Of a DNA stretch of 64,000 nt, positions 12,440 to 24,900 are shown piece by piece. Made by a program: the position numbers and the translations under genes. The DNA lies in NCBI GenBank assembly GCA_024679065.1, contig JAGIQG010000004.1, forward strand, positions 54,808,001 through 54,872,000, read 5' to 3'. The notes under the pieces were generated by a model that saw nothing but the letters and a program-made list of their open reading frames with translations, made no database searches and had not been told where the DNA came from. Position 1 is the stretch's first letter; every line of letters starts with the position of its first letter. The DNA comes from Sphyrna mokarran (taxonomy: Eukaryota).

Positions 12440-14290
12440 GTGGTTTACAAAGAACTACGAACTGTATAACACATGGACAGGTCCTTCCGCCCACCAAACC
12501 TGCCCCTATACATGACGCCTTTCTAAACTAAAAAACTTTTGCTTACATGTGGTCCTTACCTATCTGCTAAAATGCCTCTTAAATATTGCTATTTTTTCTG
12601 CCACTACCATCTCCTCTACAGCTCATTCCTGTCAGTTACCAGCCTCAGTGTAAAACGAATATTTTTCCCATCTCCTTTAAACTGCACCTCTTTTTTCCTG
12701 AAAACTATGTCCACTCATAATTGAAACTTCTATCCTGGGAACAAGACTGACTGCCTATGCCTCTCTAAATTTTGTAAACTACTATCAGAAGGCCTTCGAA
12801 GCTCAAGTGGAAACAAACCAAGTAAGTCCAGCGTCTCATCATACCCTCCAAAACAGGCATCATACTGGTAAACTTTTCTGTACACTCTCCAAATTTTTCA
12901 TGTCCTTCTGATAGTGTGGCAGCCAGAACCTTACATAATATTTCAAATGTGGCCGAACTAAAGTTATGTACGTCAACAATATGACTTCCATATTTTTATA
13001 TTCTAGGTCCCAACTGACTAAGCAAGCTTGCCATAGACCTTCTTGACCAAATTATCCACATGTGTTACCACTCTCAGGGAGCTGGAGATCTATATACTTA
13101 AATCCTTTTGTATGTTAATTCTTCTCAGGGTTTTGCCATTTACTGCATACTTCCCTCCTGCCTTTGACCTTCCAAAATGCATCACCTCATCTTTGTCTAG
13201 GTTAAATTCTATCTGCCATTTCCCCACCCATGTCTCCACCCTATCTATATCCTCTGGCAATCCTCTTCACTATCCACACGCAGCTCCTCCAATTTTTGTG
13301 TCTCCACAAAACAACATTCTCCTCAAAAATATTTATACACATCTAACAAACAACGGGGTCCCAGCACCGATCCCTGTGGACACCACTGGTCATATAAATT
13401 GGATGTAAAATTGGTGTTGTCAGACCTCTTACTGAGTTTACCCCAGTCCAACGCCGGCATCTCTACATCATCACATAACTCAGGTCAGAAAAATACACTT
13501 CCACCATTACTCTCTGTCTTCTATGATGAAGTCAGTTTGCATCCGTCTTACCAACACACCACAGATCCCATGCTGCACCTTCTGTATCAGCCTGCCATGA
13601 GGCATCTTCACAAAGGCTTGATTAAACTCCTTGTAGACATGCCCTCCTCAATCATCTTTGTCACTTACTCAAAAAACTTATTCAGGTTTATGATAGACGA
13701 TCTCCCCAGCACAAAGCATATTCCTATCGCTAATAAGTCTATCTTTTTCCAAATGTAAGTAAATGCTGTCTTTAAATATGCACTCCAATAATTCCGCTAT
13801 CATTGTTGTAAGGATCAGCGGCCTGTAATTTCCTGGATTTTCCCTCTTGCCCTTCTTAAACAAACGATCATCACTGGCTATTCTTCAATCCTCTGGCACG
13901 TCTCCAACGCCCTAGAAATTTCCTCCCTCAGTATTCTGAGATAGATCCTCTTAGGTCCAGTGGCATGTCTAACTTAATGCTTCTCAAAACATCTCAAACC
14001 TGTTCCTTTTTAAATCAACATGTCCTACGATATCAACACGTCGTTCTCTAGACTCATCATCCGCAATGTCCTTTTCCTTTGTGAATACTGATGCAAAGTA
14101 TTCGTTAAGCACAGCACCCACTTTCTCTGCTTCTATGCACAAATGCCTCCTTTGCCCTTGAGTGAATCTATTCTTCCCTTAGCTACCCTCTTGCTCCTTG
14201 TATACATAGATAAGATGGAATTCTCCGTAATCCCATTTGCCAACATGCCATTGCCCCCATTCAGCCATCCAAACTCACTTTTTATGTTCT
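12440..14290 (-). mobile_element. Degenerate CR1 LINE ORF2 (RT to 3' end)
   Basis: FKKGKRENPGNYRPL motif and downstream CR1 RT fragments; a small Penelope end fragment is inserted at about 13395-13470. Confidence 0.85.
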
Positions 14291-14619
14291 TTTCTTAGAT
14301 TTCCAGGGCTCAGAATGTGAACTCTCCTTTCTCACCCTCATGCAGTAAGGTATCCAAATCATGGTCCGATCTTTCTTATTATTATTGGCATTTGCATTTT
14401 CAGTTTCCATAATGTAAATTAGGACAGACAGATACATTTAGACGTGCCACACGTAAAGTTATATAATAATACAACACAGATTTCAGTTGTAGTTTCACAG
14501 ATTTAAAGCAAGTAAAAAAGGCATGATAATTATCTTTAACCATAAAAATAAAGTTTGGAAAAATACACTTTAAGTGAATAAATGACAATAGGATTAACGG
14601 TTCAAAGGACAATCTTCAA

Positions 14620-17160
14620 CATGCCTGTAAGGTACTAGAGTCTTTTGAGCAGTAGTGGTAATATTGGGAAACATATACACCAGAAATCAGGGACGCATGT
14701 TTATAGGAACATAATTATGGGCAATTTGAATCTGTAGAATGATTGGGAGACTCTAATTAATTAACAGTGCAAAAGAGGCGGAAATTCTGGAAAGATGCGA
14801 TTTCCAAACAATGCATTGAGGAATCGATAAACGAACAGACCATCCTGAACAGTGCAATAAGAACTGATAACTTAGCAATCTAGTTGTGAAGGAACGCCTG
14901 GAGATGAGTGACCTTAATTTGATCGAATTCTTTCTCAAGATGGATGGTAACTCAGTTGATCCTGAGATCAGTGTCCTGAATCTCAACAAAGGTAACTATG
15001 GTGGTATGAGACATGAATTGGCACTGATGGACTGGGAAACATTACTGAAAGGAAAGATAGTGAACAGGCAAAAGAACCATTTAAGGAATAAATATGTGAA
15101 ATCCAGAAGTTGTTTATTTCTGTTTTGCACAAGGGTGGTAAGGGAACTGTGACCAAACTATGACTTATAAGGGGAATTAGAAATACTATTAGATCCAAGA
15201 AAGAAGCATACAAATTACCAAGATATATCAATAAACCTCCATTGGAAACAATTTAAAATTCAGCAAAGAAGAGCCAAGGAATTAATTAAGAATGGGAAAC
15301 TGGAGTTTGACGAATGTTAGCGCAGAGCATGAAAACTGACTATAAATGTTTCTCTAGGTATGTAGACAGAAAAATATTGACAAAACTGGATATCAGACAC
15401 TTACAGTCAGAAATGGGAGAATTCATAACGGGGAACAAAGAAATAGCTAAGGAATTAAATCCGTAGTGTGCTTCAGTTTACACAAAGAACGATGTAACAG
15501 GCGTTCTGAGAGAAACAAATATTAGCGAGGAGCAGAAGGAAATCAGCATCAATGGAAACATGGTACTGGGGAAATTGATGATATTGATGGTGGATAAATC
15601 TCAGACCCTGATAATCTTCATCCTGGAATATTTAAGGAAGTGGCCTTGAAGATAGTAAATCGATTGATGATTATTTTGAAAAATTCGAGGGACAACAGAC
15701 TGGAGGGTATCTAATGTAAACCCACTACCCAAAAAAGGAGGCAGAAAGAAAACAGGGAACTATAGACCAGTGAGCCGAACGCCACTAATGAGGAAGTTGT
15801 TAGAATCCGTTACCAAGGATTTCATGACTCAACGTTTGGAAAGCAGTAGTACAATCAGATAAAGTCAGCAGGGATTAACAAAGGGGAAATCATGCTTGAC
15901 GAATCCATTGGCCTTCTTTGAGATTGTAACTAATTGACTAGACCTAGAAGAACCAGGGGCTGTGATTTATTTAGATTTTTTGAAGGCTTTCGGCAATGTA
16001 TCGCATAGCACACTATTATGTAAAGCAAAAGAACATGGGTTGCTGGTAATATCTTGAGATGAATAGAAAACTGGTCAGGATATAGGAAGCAAAGAGTAAA
16101 TGCATCTTTTTCTGATTGGCAGTCAGTGACTAGAGGGATACTGCGAGGATCTATGCCAGCACACCAACTATACATATTGTATATTAATGATTTGGAAGAG
16201 GGAACTAAATGTATTATCTCGCGATTTGCAGATCATACAAAGCTCGGTTGCAAGGTGAGCTGTGAGGAGGATACAGGTTCTCAGGGTGATTTGTGCAGAC
16301 TGTATCTGGGTATATGCATGGCAAATGCAGTACAACATGAATAAATGTGACATTATTCACTTTGTAGCAATAATGGAAAGACCGACTATTACTTGAAGGA
16401 TTGTAACGTGAGAGATATTCAACAGGGCCTTGGTGTCCTTATGGATCAGTCACTGAAAGTAAACATGCAAGTATAGTTAGCAGTGAAACGGGCAATTTGT
16501 ATGTTGTCCTGAATAGCGAGAGAATTTGAGTATAGGAATAGTATATGAAATTATATAGATAGCTGGTGAGGTCACAGCTGGAGTATTGTGCGCAGTTTTG
16601 CTGTGCTTTTTTGAGGAAGGGTGTCTTTGCTTTAAGGGAGTGCCATGAAGGTTTACATTGAAGATTCCTGGGATGGCATGTCTGTCACATGAGGAGAGAT
16701 TATGTCAGTTAAGAATAAGTTCATAAAAGTTTAGAAGCGTAAGAGGGGATCTCATAGAGACTTTAAAAGTGCGAACAGGGTTAGACAGGGCAGATTCTGA
16801 AATAATGTTGCTGATGGTGGTAAATTTCAGTGCTGGAGTCATAGTTTGATGGTAAGGGTAAATATTTTAGAACTAAGGTGAGAAGACATTTCTTCACGCA
16901 AAGGATGGTGGATGTTTGTAATTCACTACGACGGAAAATAATTGAGGTCAAAATTTGTGTGATTTCAAGATGAAATTCGATATAACACCTGGGGCTAAAG
17001 AGTCCAAGGCATATTACGGGGGTTGGGGGCTAGGGGCACGTGGGGACAGGTGCGGGGGATGAAGGGGATATCAGGATATTGAATTTGATGATTAGCCATG
17101 AGTGAAACAGGCTCGAAGGCCCGAGTGGCCTACTCCTGCTTCTAGTTTTCATGTTTGTAT
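14620..17160 (+). mobile_element. Degenerate CR1 LINE ORF2 with 3' tail
   Basis: GNYRPVS, YINDLEEGT..ISRFAD motifs; tail ggcctactcctgcttctagttttcatgtt. Confidence 0.85.
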
Positions 17161-17833
17161 CTGCCCGCCTTTACCTTAACGTTGTTATTTCATAGCATGA
17201 ACTAGGGCGTTCTCAATCTGATCCGTTCGTCGGGGGCTTGGCTGCTCCTCTCTTGCGTCGCACTATCGCTGTAGAATGAAGGCTGCGGTAGCAAACGGGA
17301 GTTTAATGGGATTTTTCAACGCAGGATATTAAATTGGCAAGGAATTCCTGGCGGCTCTTGACTTTCCATCGCAAGATGGAAGGGTGTGTATGCCCTCTCT
17401 CAGTAACTTCTGCTTCCCTCTGAACAGCAGTCACTTAAATGTAACTGAAATTCGTCTGATTAATGACAGCTATTTCCGTTTAATTAATAAATAACAGAAA
17501 TTTAATTTGAGGAAAAAGGTAAGCATTACTTTGTAGAGATCTCATTTCCTATGTAGTGACCGCCTGCAGTTAATAAACTGTACACATTTGAGCACTTATT
17601 TTGTTGGATTTAAAAAAAAAACACTCTTTCCAGCCTTGGCAAATGAAGTCTTACTAACTTACCGCGAGTTAATCAACTAGAAGTGAAGAACCAAAAAAAA
17701 ATGAAGTTGTAGAAAATATCTTTCTACTAAGCCTCTCACGCCAATGTTTAGAACATCCGAAACTATATTCTCTCACACAGATAATTATGGCCTTGTGCTA
17801 CCCTTTGTGAAATTAAGTTACTTTTACTTGCAG

Positions 17834-17872
17834 CTTATGATGGTAAATGTCATGGCCCCTGGACATCTGAAG
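17834..17872 (+). CDS. Putative 39-nt Cys-containing stalk exon (A)YDGKCHGPWTSE
   Basis: cttttacttgcag acceptor, AG|gcgagt GC donor, phase 1-1; the sequence is homologous to the start of the TM exon 290 nt downstream. Confidence 0.45.
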
Positions 17873-18124
17873 GCGAGTGTTTAATTAGATGTACTATCTG
17901 TAAACTAATTGGAAGACAGGGACGATCCAGTTACTCCCTTGTAGTTTTTCCACTTTACATCTCAAAAATAACTTAACGTTCTTTTTAAACGCCCTTCTCT
18001 AAGGGCTGTCGTGCTTAGCTGCTGTAAATATGAACAATAATTCACCCAATCGATTATCGTGAGAGGCGAGAATAAGTAATGCGGAAACAAATAAAAATAC
18101 AGAAGCAGCTATTTTTACTTGCAG

Positions 18125-18235
18125 GTTCTGGTTGTAGATGTCATTACCTCTGGATTTCTAGGTGTGTCATGGGCGGATTGGTATTTCTGGCGCTTATAAT
18201 CGTCACTGGGGTGAAATTGATTTCGAAGAATAAAG
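18125..18235 (+). CDS. Transmembrane exon with intramembrane Arg, putative activating IgSF receptor
   Basis: tttttacttgcag|(G)SGCRCHYLWISRCVMGGLVFLALIIVTGVKLISKNK|gtaacc; 111 nt, phase 1-1, like the TM exon of the inhibitory gene. Confidence 0.7.
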
Positions 18236-18862
18236 GTAACCCACAATTTTGATTCTGAGGCAAATCATCGGGGTGACGATAATGCGCCCTCACATAATTC
18301 CACTTGTCTTTAGAATTAAGAGACCTTTCGGTCCACCCAGACTTAATTGGTTCTTCCCTTATCTCTGTAATTTTACATTTATTTCTTTTGAGATATCAAA
18401 TAAATTTCCTTTTGAATACTTCGATCGAACCTACGTTACCATCCTTTAAGGAAATTCATTCCAGATTCCAACCACCCTTTGAAGGTACAAAATCCTCACG
18501 TAATATCTATTGCTTTACCTATTATTTTGAAACTGTGCCTTGGAGTTTTTGATGTACGCCCGAGGGAGAAGAGTTTCTCACTGATTGCCCAGTCCATACC
18601 CCCGAAGACGTGGGCTCAGTTTAAAAAATCTATACTCATATCATGTTTCCTTAGAATCATTCTTGTGAATTTACCGAGCAGCTCCACATAATAACGATTC
18701 AATTAATGTTTATTTGAAGCAGCAAAAACAGAAATCTTTTGCTCAACCTTCAACTGAATTGAGAATGTTATAATGAAAGAATTGTCACAAATTGCAATGA
18801 ATCATACGATGTGGAAAACACAAATGATGATTTAAGTAAAATGCTGTGAATGTCCTTTCCAG

Positions 18863-18882
18863 TAGATGCACGCGAATGCTGA
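18863..18882 (+). CDS. Putative terminal exon giving a short tail (V)DAREC-stop
   Basis: gtcctttccag acceptor, then an in-phase stop after 6 codons; fits a short-tailed activating receptor but is too short to be certain. Confidence 0.35.
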
Positions 18883-21668
18883 TAAATTCATCGATTCGGA
18901 TTTCCAACAGAGCCCCAAAAATTACTACCTCAATATAACTGCTGATATTAATCCTACTTGATCAGCCTCGAAATGAAGATTGTTCACTTCTTTGTAGAAT
19001 GCAATTCTTTGTTATGGGATCTGAGGATGCTTTATACACTGGTCTATCTAAGAGTTTGTTCCACATATCTTTCTCTCTGGAAAGAGAAAGATCTCAGGCA
19101 TTATTAGTGAAATGATAATTTTTGTTTTGTTTTACCAATGATCCCTGTACTGCCACTCACTGTTAGACATGTGATACTATATATGTAGGGAAATGTAGTG
19201 CTTACATTAGTGATGCAGTAATTCAAAGATGTGGATTCGTAATGCCGAGCAAGTGGGGTAAAGCTTACAATGGACTGTGAGTTTGATTTCAGTTTAAAAA
19301 AATACAAAACATTTTATCAGCAAAAGATTTGTCACCTGAGTGATTAGCATAACATGTTAAGTATAGTTTAATATACTTCGGAGCTGAAAACACGATTTAT
19401 CGCGATCCAGCTTTATGTGACTCCAATCCTAAAATAGTATAGTTAGCTCTTAATAAACAAGTAGTTTGCTTCTTTCTAAGGGCAACGAAGGATGGAGAAT
19501 AAATATCTGCGTCAGCGTTGCCCACGTCCAAATAATAATTAAAGCAAAACTCTGTGGTTTAACGTTTTCTGCATCCTTAGCATTCTCGTGTATTTCCAAA
19601 CAGAAAATGTTTCTTTGCTGTTTAAAATAACAATGTACTAGAGTGTCCACGTTACTCAATACTGTTGCAATGGGAAAGCAGTATTGTCGCTCTTTGAGCT
19701 GTGTTCAACAGATGCGGGAAAAAAATGTCACAACATTATTGATCCACTTTGTAGATCCGATTTGTTTAACATATATTATGTTATTTTGCCTTTGTGATTT
19801 AACATCCAACGGCCTTTCCCATTTCTGCACTTCACTGACTGCTTTGCAACTTGAATTCTATTTCCCTTTGAATTTTATCCGTAGATATTATCAACATAAT
19901 TAACTGATGTTTTTTCTTCATGGTTGTGAAACTCTACTGTCCTCTGCATTGAATTCCCCTGTCATATAAATGCATTGGAAAGCACAAGCATGGAAACTGG
20001 CTAAATATCATAAGCACGAAATGTATTTGAATTGCATTAATCCGTTTATGTGTGAAAATGTAACAATATTGGTAAATTCTTATAATTTATCTAAGGCGAG
20101 GATTTAAATTTATATAAATGTTTTGGAAATTGGAAAATTGAAAAGAAATTGTTTACTACGATTTATTTCATAACAGGTCTTTACCTTTGTTTTATGTCCA
20201 TTGAAATGGTGTTTTGATATGCATTTCATATTTCTTGAGATATAGGTGCAGGTAGTGAAAGGAAGACTGAAAATTACATTGTCCTTTAATTAAGACACAG
20301 ATCTGTAGTAATTTCATGCAAAACATATATTAGTGCAATTATCGAAGCATTGCTTTTGTGAGTTGGCATTGCATGTCTAAGATTTGAGATTGCCCCGAAC
20401 TGTACTCTATCTTTAACACTGAAATGTAGTGAAAATGGGCAGAACGAATTGTCAGTTACAATAGAAGCCCGAAATTCCGGACCTAACATTGCCACATCAA
20501 TATGTATATTAACTATGGTTGATGCATTTTTTAAAGCGATGAAGCACAACTTGTGAGAGCATTGAGAAGATTAACACGTTGTAGGGATGCGCCGCTTGTA
20601 TTTTTGCTACATTAACAATTGTTGTGAAATATGAACCGGACGGGAGGGTTTAGAAAACTAAATAAAGAGAATGCGCATTAGCTTGTCTCGCTGCAGTAAA
20701 TTTAGATGTTAATGATTGCAACATTAAAATGTACCTAATGTTACCTGTCAATATTTATAAGGCTACCGATTCTGCTTACTTGCAGAAACAGACAATATTT
20801 GTCTTAAACGGAAATTCTATACGATGTTTTCCGTTGTAAACTTTTCTAACTCGTGAACAAATGGAAGCTTCAACCATCTCGCCTGAAGAACAAATGGATG
20901 ATCCCTAATCTTTTACTTTCTAATATTATGCTACATGTAGAAGTATGTTCTTAAACACATTTTATGTTGCTCGTTTATTTCTCTATGCACATCTACTAAA
21001 GTCGTGACATTTGCCTTGGTGTGACACACTGAAATGTCATAATGGTAATCAAATTACAGATAATTAGGATTACAGGTAACTGGGAGCACAGCCACGAGAA
21101 ATTTCCTCTCCAAATCACTCATCATCCTGATTTGGAAATACATCGCCATTCATTTTGTCATTGTTTCAAAATCCTGGAGCTCCTTTCCTAACGGCACTGT
21201 GGGTATACTGAGACTCCAGTGATTTACCATGACAGGTCACGACCACCTTCTTAGGGCGTCGTTGGCAATGGGCCGTAAATGCTGGCCGAGATAGAGACAC
21301 CCAAAACCCGTAGATAGATTTTTAAATACGCAATCATTTCATAGAAGGAGGCAAACACCCATCAAGACTTCACAGACACTCCCATAGGGCATCCCACAGA
21401 CAGTAACCCAAGGCCAGAATCGAATTCGGGTGGGCACTGTGAGGCAGCAGTGTTAGCCACTGTGCCAGCGTTCCGTCTTTTTTCAGATGACAAAAGAAAT
21501 GTTGCATTTGTGCAAATTTTACTCAATCGCCTTTCCATTTCAACAATTTTTGCGAATGCCAACTAATGTTGCCCAAGAACTATGTGTGAAAAAAAACATG
21601 TTTGATGGGATGTGTTGCTGTTCAGCTTCATCCGCAGCGTGATCCTTGCACAGGTTCGAAAAGAATTG

Positions 21669-21693
21669 TGATGTCACTTTCGGGGAACTTCCC
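21669..21693. promoter_or_regulatory. Compact ATF/CRE-like + IRF-like + NF-kB motif cluster
   Basis: TGATGTCA, TCACTTTC (GAAAGTGA on the minus strand) and GGGGAACTTCCC are contiguous within 25 bp of non-repeat DNA. Confidence 0.35.
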
Positions 21694-22724
21694 TGAATAT
21701 ATTCGTGCTTAAGAATCCCTTTAAGCCACAATCTAACGTGCATAAATAGCGATTCAAAATGGCACTCAGTGTATCCATAATTCCCTGTTTCACACTCAGG
21801 ATTCTTGTATGCTTTGGAAGTTTGTGCCTTTCTTATTCTTCTTCATGCTCGGAATTTTTTTACGGCCAATACAATGGAAAAGTTCGTGCTCAGAAACAGA
21901 AGCGAATATTGCTCAACACACCTGCATCTGAACGTGCCCGCAAAGTCGCTTGTAAAAAAATACGAAGCCAGAAAATGCGATGACATGCGCATGCCCAGTG
22001 AAAAATATTTATCCAAGGTATTAAGCACGTACACTATGAGAAAGACGAATGTATCAAAGATAAAAGATCGTGGTTTTGGAAAACACAAACATGACAAAGT
22101 TCATTCTTTCTTTCTGTCTTAACTCATCACGTACTCGCTGAAGTTCTCACTAATAACTATTGGAAGCTACTTCCTTCAAGATTTTGCCGTCATGGCGATC
22201 TATGCATTTTAAACCACAGATGTAAGTTTGACAGGGCTGGGCTCTGTTTATCCAGTCGATCATCATTAGACCTAAATATCACTACGCCGACTGTACGGAG
22301 AGTGTCATTAAAACTTATCGAGGTGTCTTAAATTTTAGGGACTCCATTGACTGCTTTAATGCTTGTAGATAAAATGGCGGACAGAACGCATACTTTTCAA
22401 ACAATAGGAGCAACGTAGTATGGATATTGCAGCATATCCAACTGTACGGCGATGGCCGATGCAGCTGAGATGCAGAGAGCCTTCTACTAACAGGACTTGT
22501 TGCCCCCCCTGCCGACTAAGCCAGACACCAAAGCAGCATCTCTATCAGCTTGTAATCACAGAGTTAGATACTGGCAGTTGTCCATTCGCAATATCCTCTA
22601 CTTCTGTCAAATGAACCTGCATTCCGGTGAAACAGGTTCTACGTCTTGCAAAGAGAAGTTGTATTCAGCTTTATTTCACAGATATAGAGGATCAACCGCA
22701 CATCGTAGAATCACGCTAATGGAA

Positions 22725-23025
22725 TCATAGAATTTCGTCAATACTAAAATCATTCGGCCCATTGAATCTGTACAAACTCAGCATTTTTCCTGGGCCATCC
22801 CCGATCCCCTGCCCTATCCCCATTATTCCATGGATTTATCGCCGCTAATCCACCTAACGCACACACCTTGAGACAATAAGGGACAATTTATATGGGCCAA
22901 TCCATCGAATCCATACATCACTGGATTGTGGGAGGAAAGTGAAGTCCCTGAAGAAACCCACAAAGATACGGAGGGAACGTACAAACTCCACATAGTCCGG
23001 AATTGAACCCCAATGAGGCAGCAGA
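22725..23025 (-). mobile_element. V-SINE (HE1-like), degenerate
   Basis: V-domain and CR1-type tail on the minus strand. Confidence 0.7.
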
Positions 23026-23029
23026 AACA

Positions 23030-24250
23030 TGACATAGAAACATAGAAAGCAGAAGCAAGAATAGGCCTTTCGGCCCTTTGAGCCTGCTCCGCCATTCATA
23101 GTGTTCACGGCTGATCACCGAACTCAATATCCTGATTTTAACATTTCTCGATGTCCCTTGGTCAATTTAGCCCCAAGGTCTATATCTAATTTATTCTTGA
23201 AATTACACAAAGTTTAGACCTCAACGACTTTCTGTGGTAATGAATACCACACGTTCACCACTCTCTTGATGGAGAAATTTCTCCTCACCGTAGTTTTAAA
23301 TGGTTTATCTCTTATCCTCAAACCATGACCCTTATTTCTGCACTAACCCACGATTGGAAACATTCTTTCTGAATCTACCCTGTCTAACTCAGTTAGAGCC
23401 TTAAAATTCCTATGAGATCCCCTCCCACTCTTCCAAACTCCAGTGAAATCACTCATAACCGACTTAGTCTCTCCTCACACGATCCCAGGGATCAGCCTGG
23501 TAAACCTTCGCTGTACTCCCTCTATAGCAAGAGCGAGGCTCCTCAGATAAGGACTCCGGAATGGCATATAATACTCCAGATGTGGCCTCACCACGCCCTA
23601 TGCAATTGCAGTAATAAATGTCTATTCACATACTCAAATCCTCTCGCCATGAAGGCCCACATGCCATTTGACGTCTTTACTGTCTTATGTCCCTGCATGA
23701 GGGCACCAAGGTCTCGTTAATTTCACTCATTAAAGTAATAATCTCTCTGCCTATGATAGCTATCAAAGTGAATAATGTCACATTTATCCACACTATACTG
23801 TATCTGCCATGCATATACCCACATACTCAACCTGTCCAAATCATGCCGAAGCATTTCTCTTCACAGCTCAACCTTCCACCCAACTTTGCCTCAGCTACAA
23901 ATTTGGAGATAATACATTTAGTGTCCTCTTCCAAATCAATAATATATAATATGAACAGTTAGTGTCCGAGCAGAGATACTTGTGCTGTCCCACTAGTCAC
24001 TGCCTGCCAATCAAAAACATCCACTAATGCAAACTTTATGCTTCTTAGCTGCTAACGAGCTTTCGATCTATCTCGGGAAATTACCTGCAATCTCATGCGC
24101 TTTAACTTTACATAGTAATCTGGTATTTGAAACACTGTTGAAAGCCTACTATATTCTAAATAAAACATATCCACTGGTTCTCTTTGGTGAACTCTACGAG
24201 CTACATTCTCGAAGAATGCCAAATTCCCTTTCGTAAGTCCATGCTGAAAC
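23030..24250 (-). mobile_element. Degenerate CR1 LINE 3' half
   Basis: (catagaaa)n tail, ggcctttcggcccttgagcc end, RT remnants. Confidence 0.8.
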
Positions 24251-24259
24251 GTGGATTCC

Positions 24260-24900
24260 ATGGAAAGATGGATGGGAAAATAATAGCGAACACAAATGCA
24301 TGGACTTTAGAGAAGCAAAGATTTTGAATTTGCATGAACGAAGGACGGAAGGATTGATCATTTGAGAAGATAGATTATGTCAGCAGATTTGCAGAAGTGT
24401 GCAATCGTAGAGAGAGGGAGAACTAGGAACTGTATCAGCTGCTATAGATATTAGGAATGAGGGATTTTGTTATCACCAGTTTAGTGGGAATAGAGTAAAA
24501 CATGTAAATGGTTGGCTTCATGATGAGTTCGGCGATGGCAAGTGGAGAAGCTGGAAGGAAAGTGGAGAATAATGTGATTTTAGGGCTGGGGTGAAGAGTA
24601 TGGCGGGATGCGCATTCTTTAGAGGACATTTGTAGAAATGAGGAAATGAATGCGATGGAGACAGCTGAGCAGATGTTATCAAGTTTAGTAATTGAAAAAC
24701 CCATGCAATCTTGGGACTTGTTGCAGGAGATGGCACATGAGAGGAGATAAAGGTTTATGGCGACAGGTTGTAGTAGAGGAAAGATGCCAGAGATCAGTCA
24801 ATATTGCTTTCTGGGTGATTCGCGAAAATGGAATAAATTTGACAGATTGTAGCAGGACCCAATTGTTCTTTATATGGCCCATAGTAATCAGCCGATCAAT
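24260..24900 (-). mobile_element. Old LINE fragment, probably L2
   Basis: Purine-rich, heavily decayed RT-like sequence; clade assigned from overall resemblance only. Confidence 0.4.

Noticed and set aside
11613-14350. Short AG...GT-bounded segments at about 11613-11663 and 14300-14349 as extra exons of the plus-strand receptor
   Set aside because: No informative motif; the phase or an in-frame stop does not fit the model.
21540-21570. LVGIRKNC on the minus strand resembling VGIRKNR at 3893-3913
   Set aside because: The similarity covers about 20 nt only, with no upstream hydrophobic homology.
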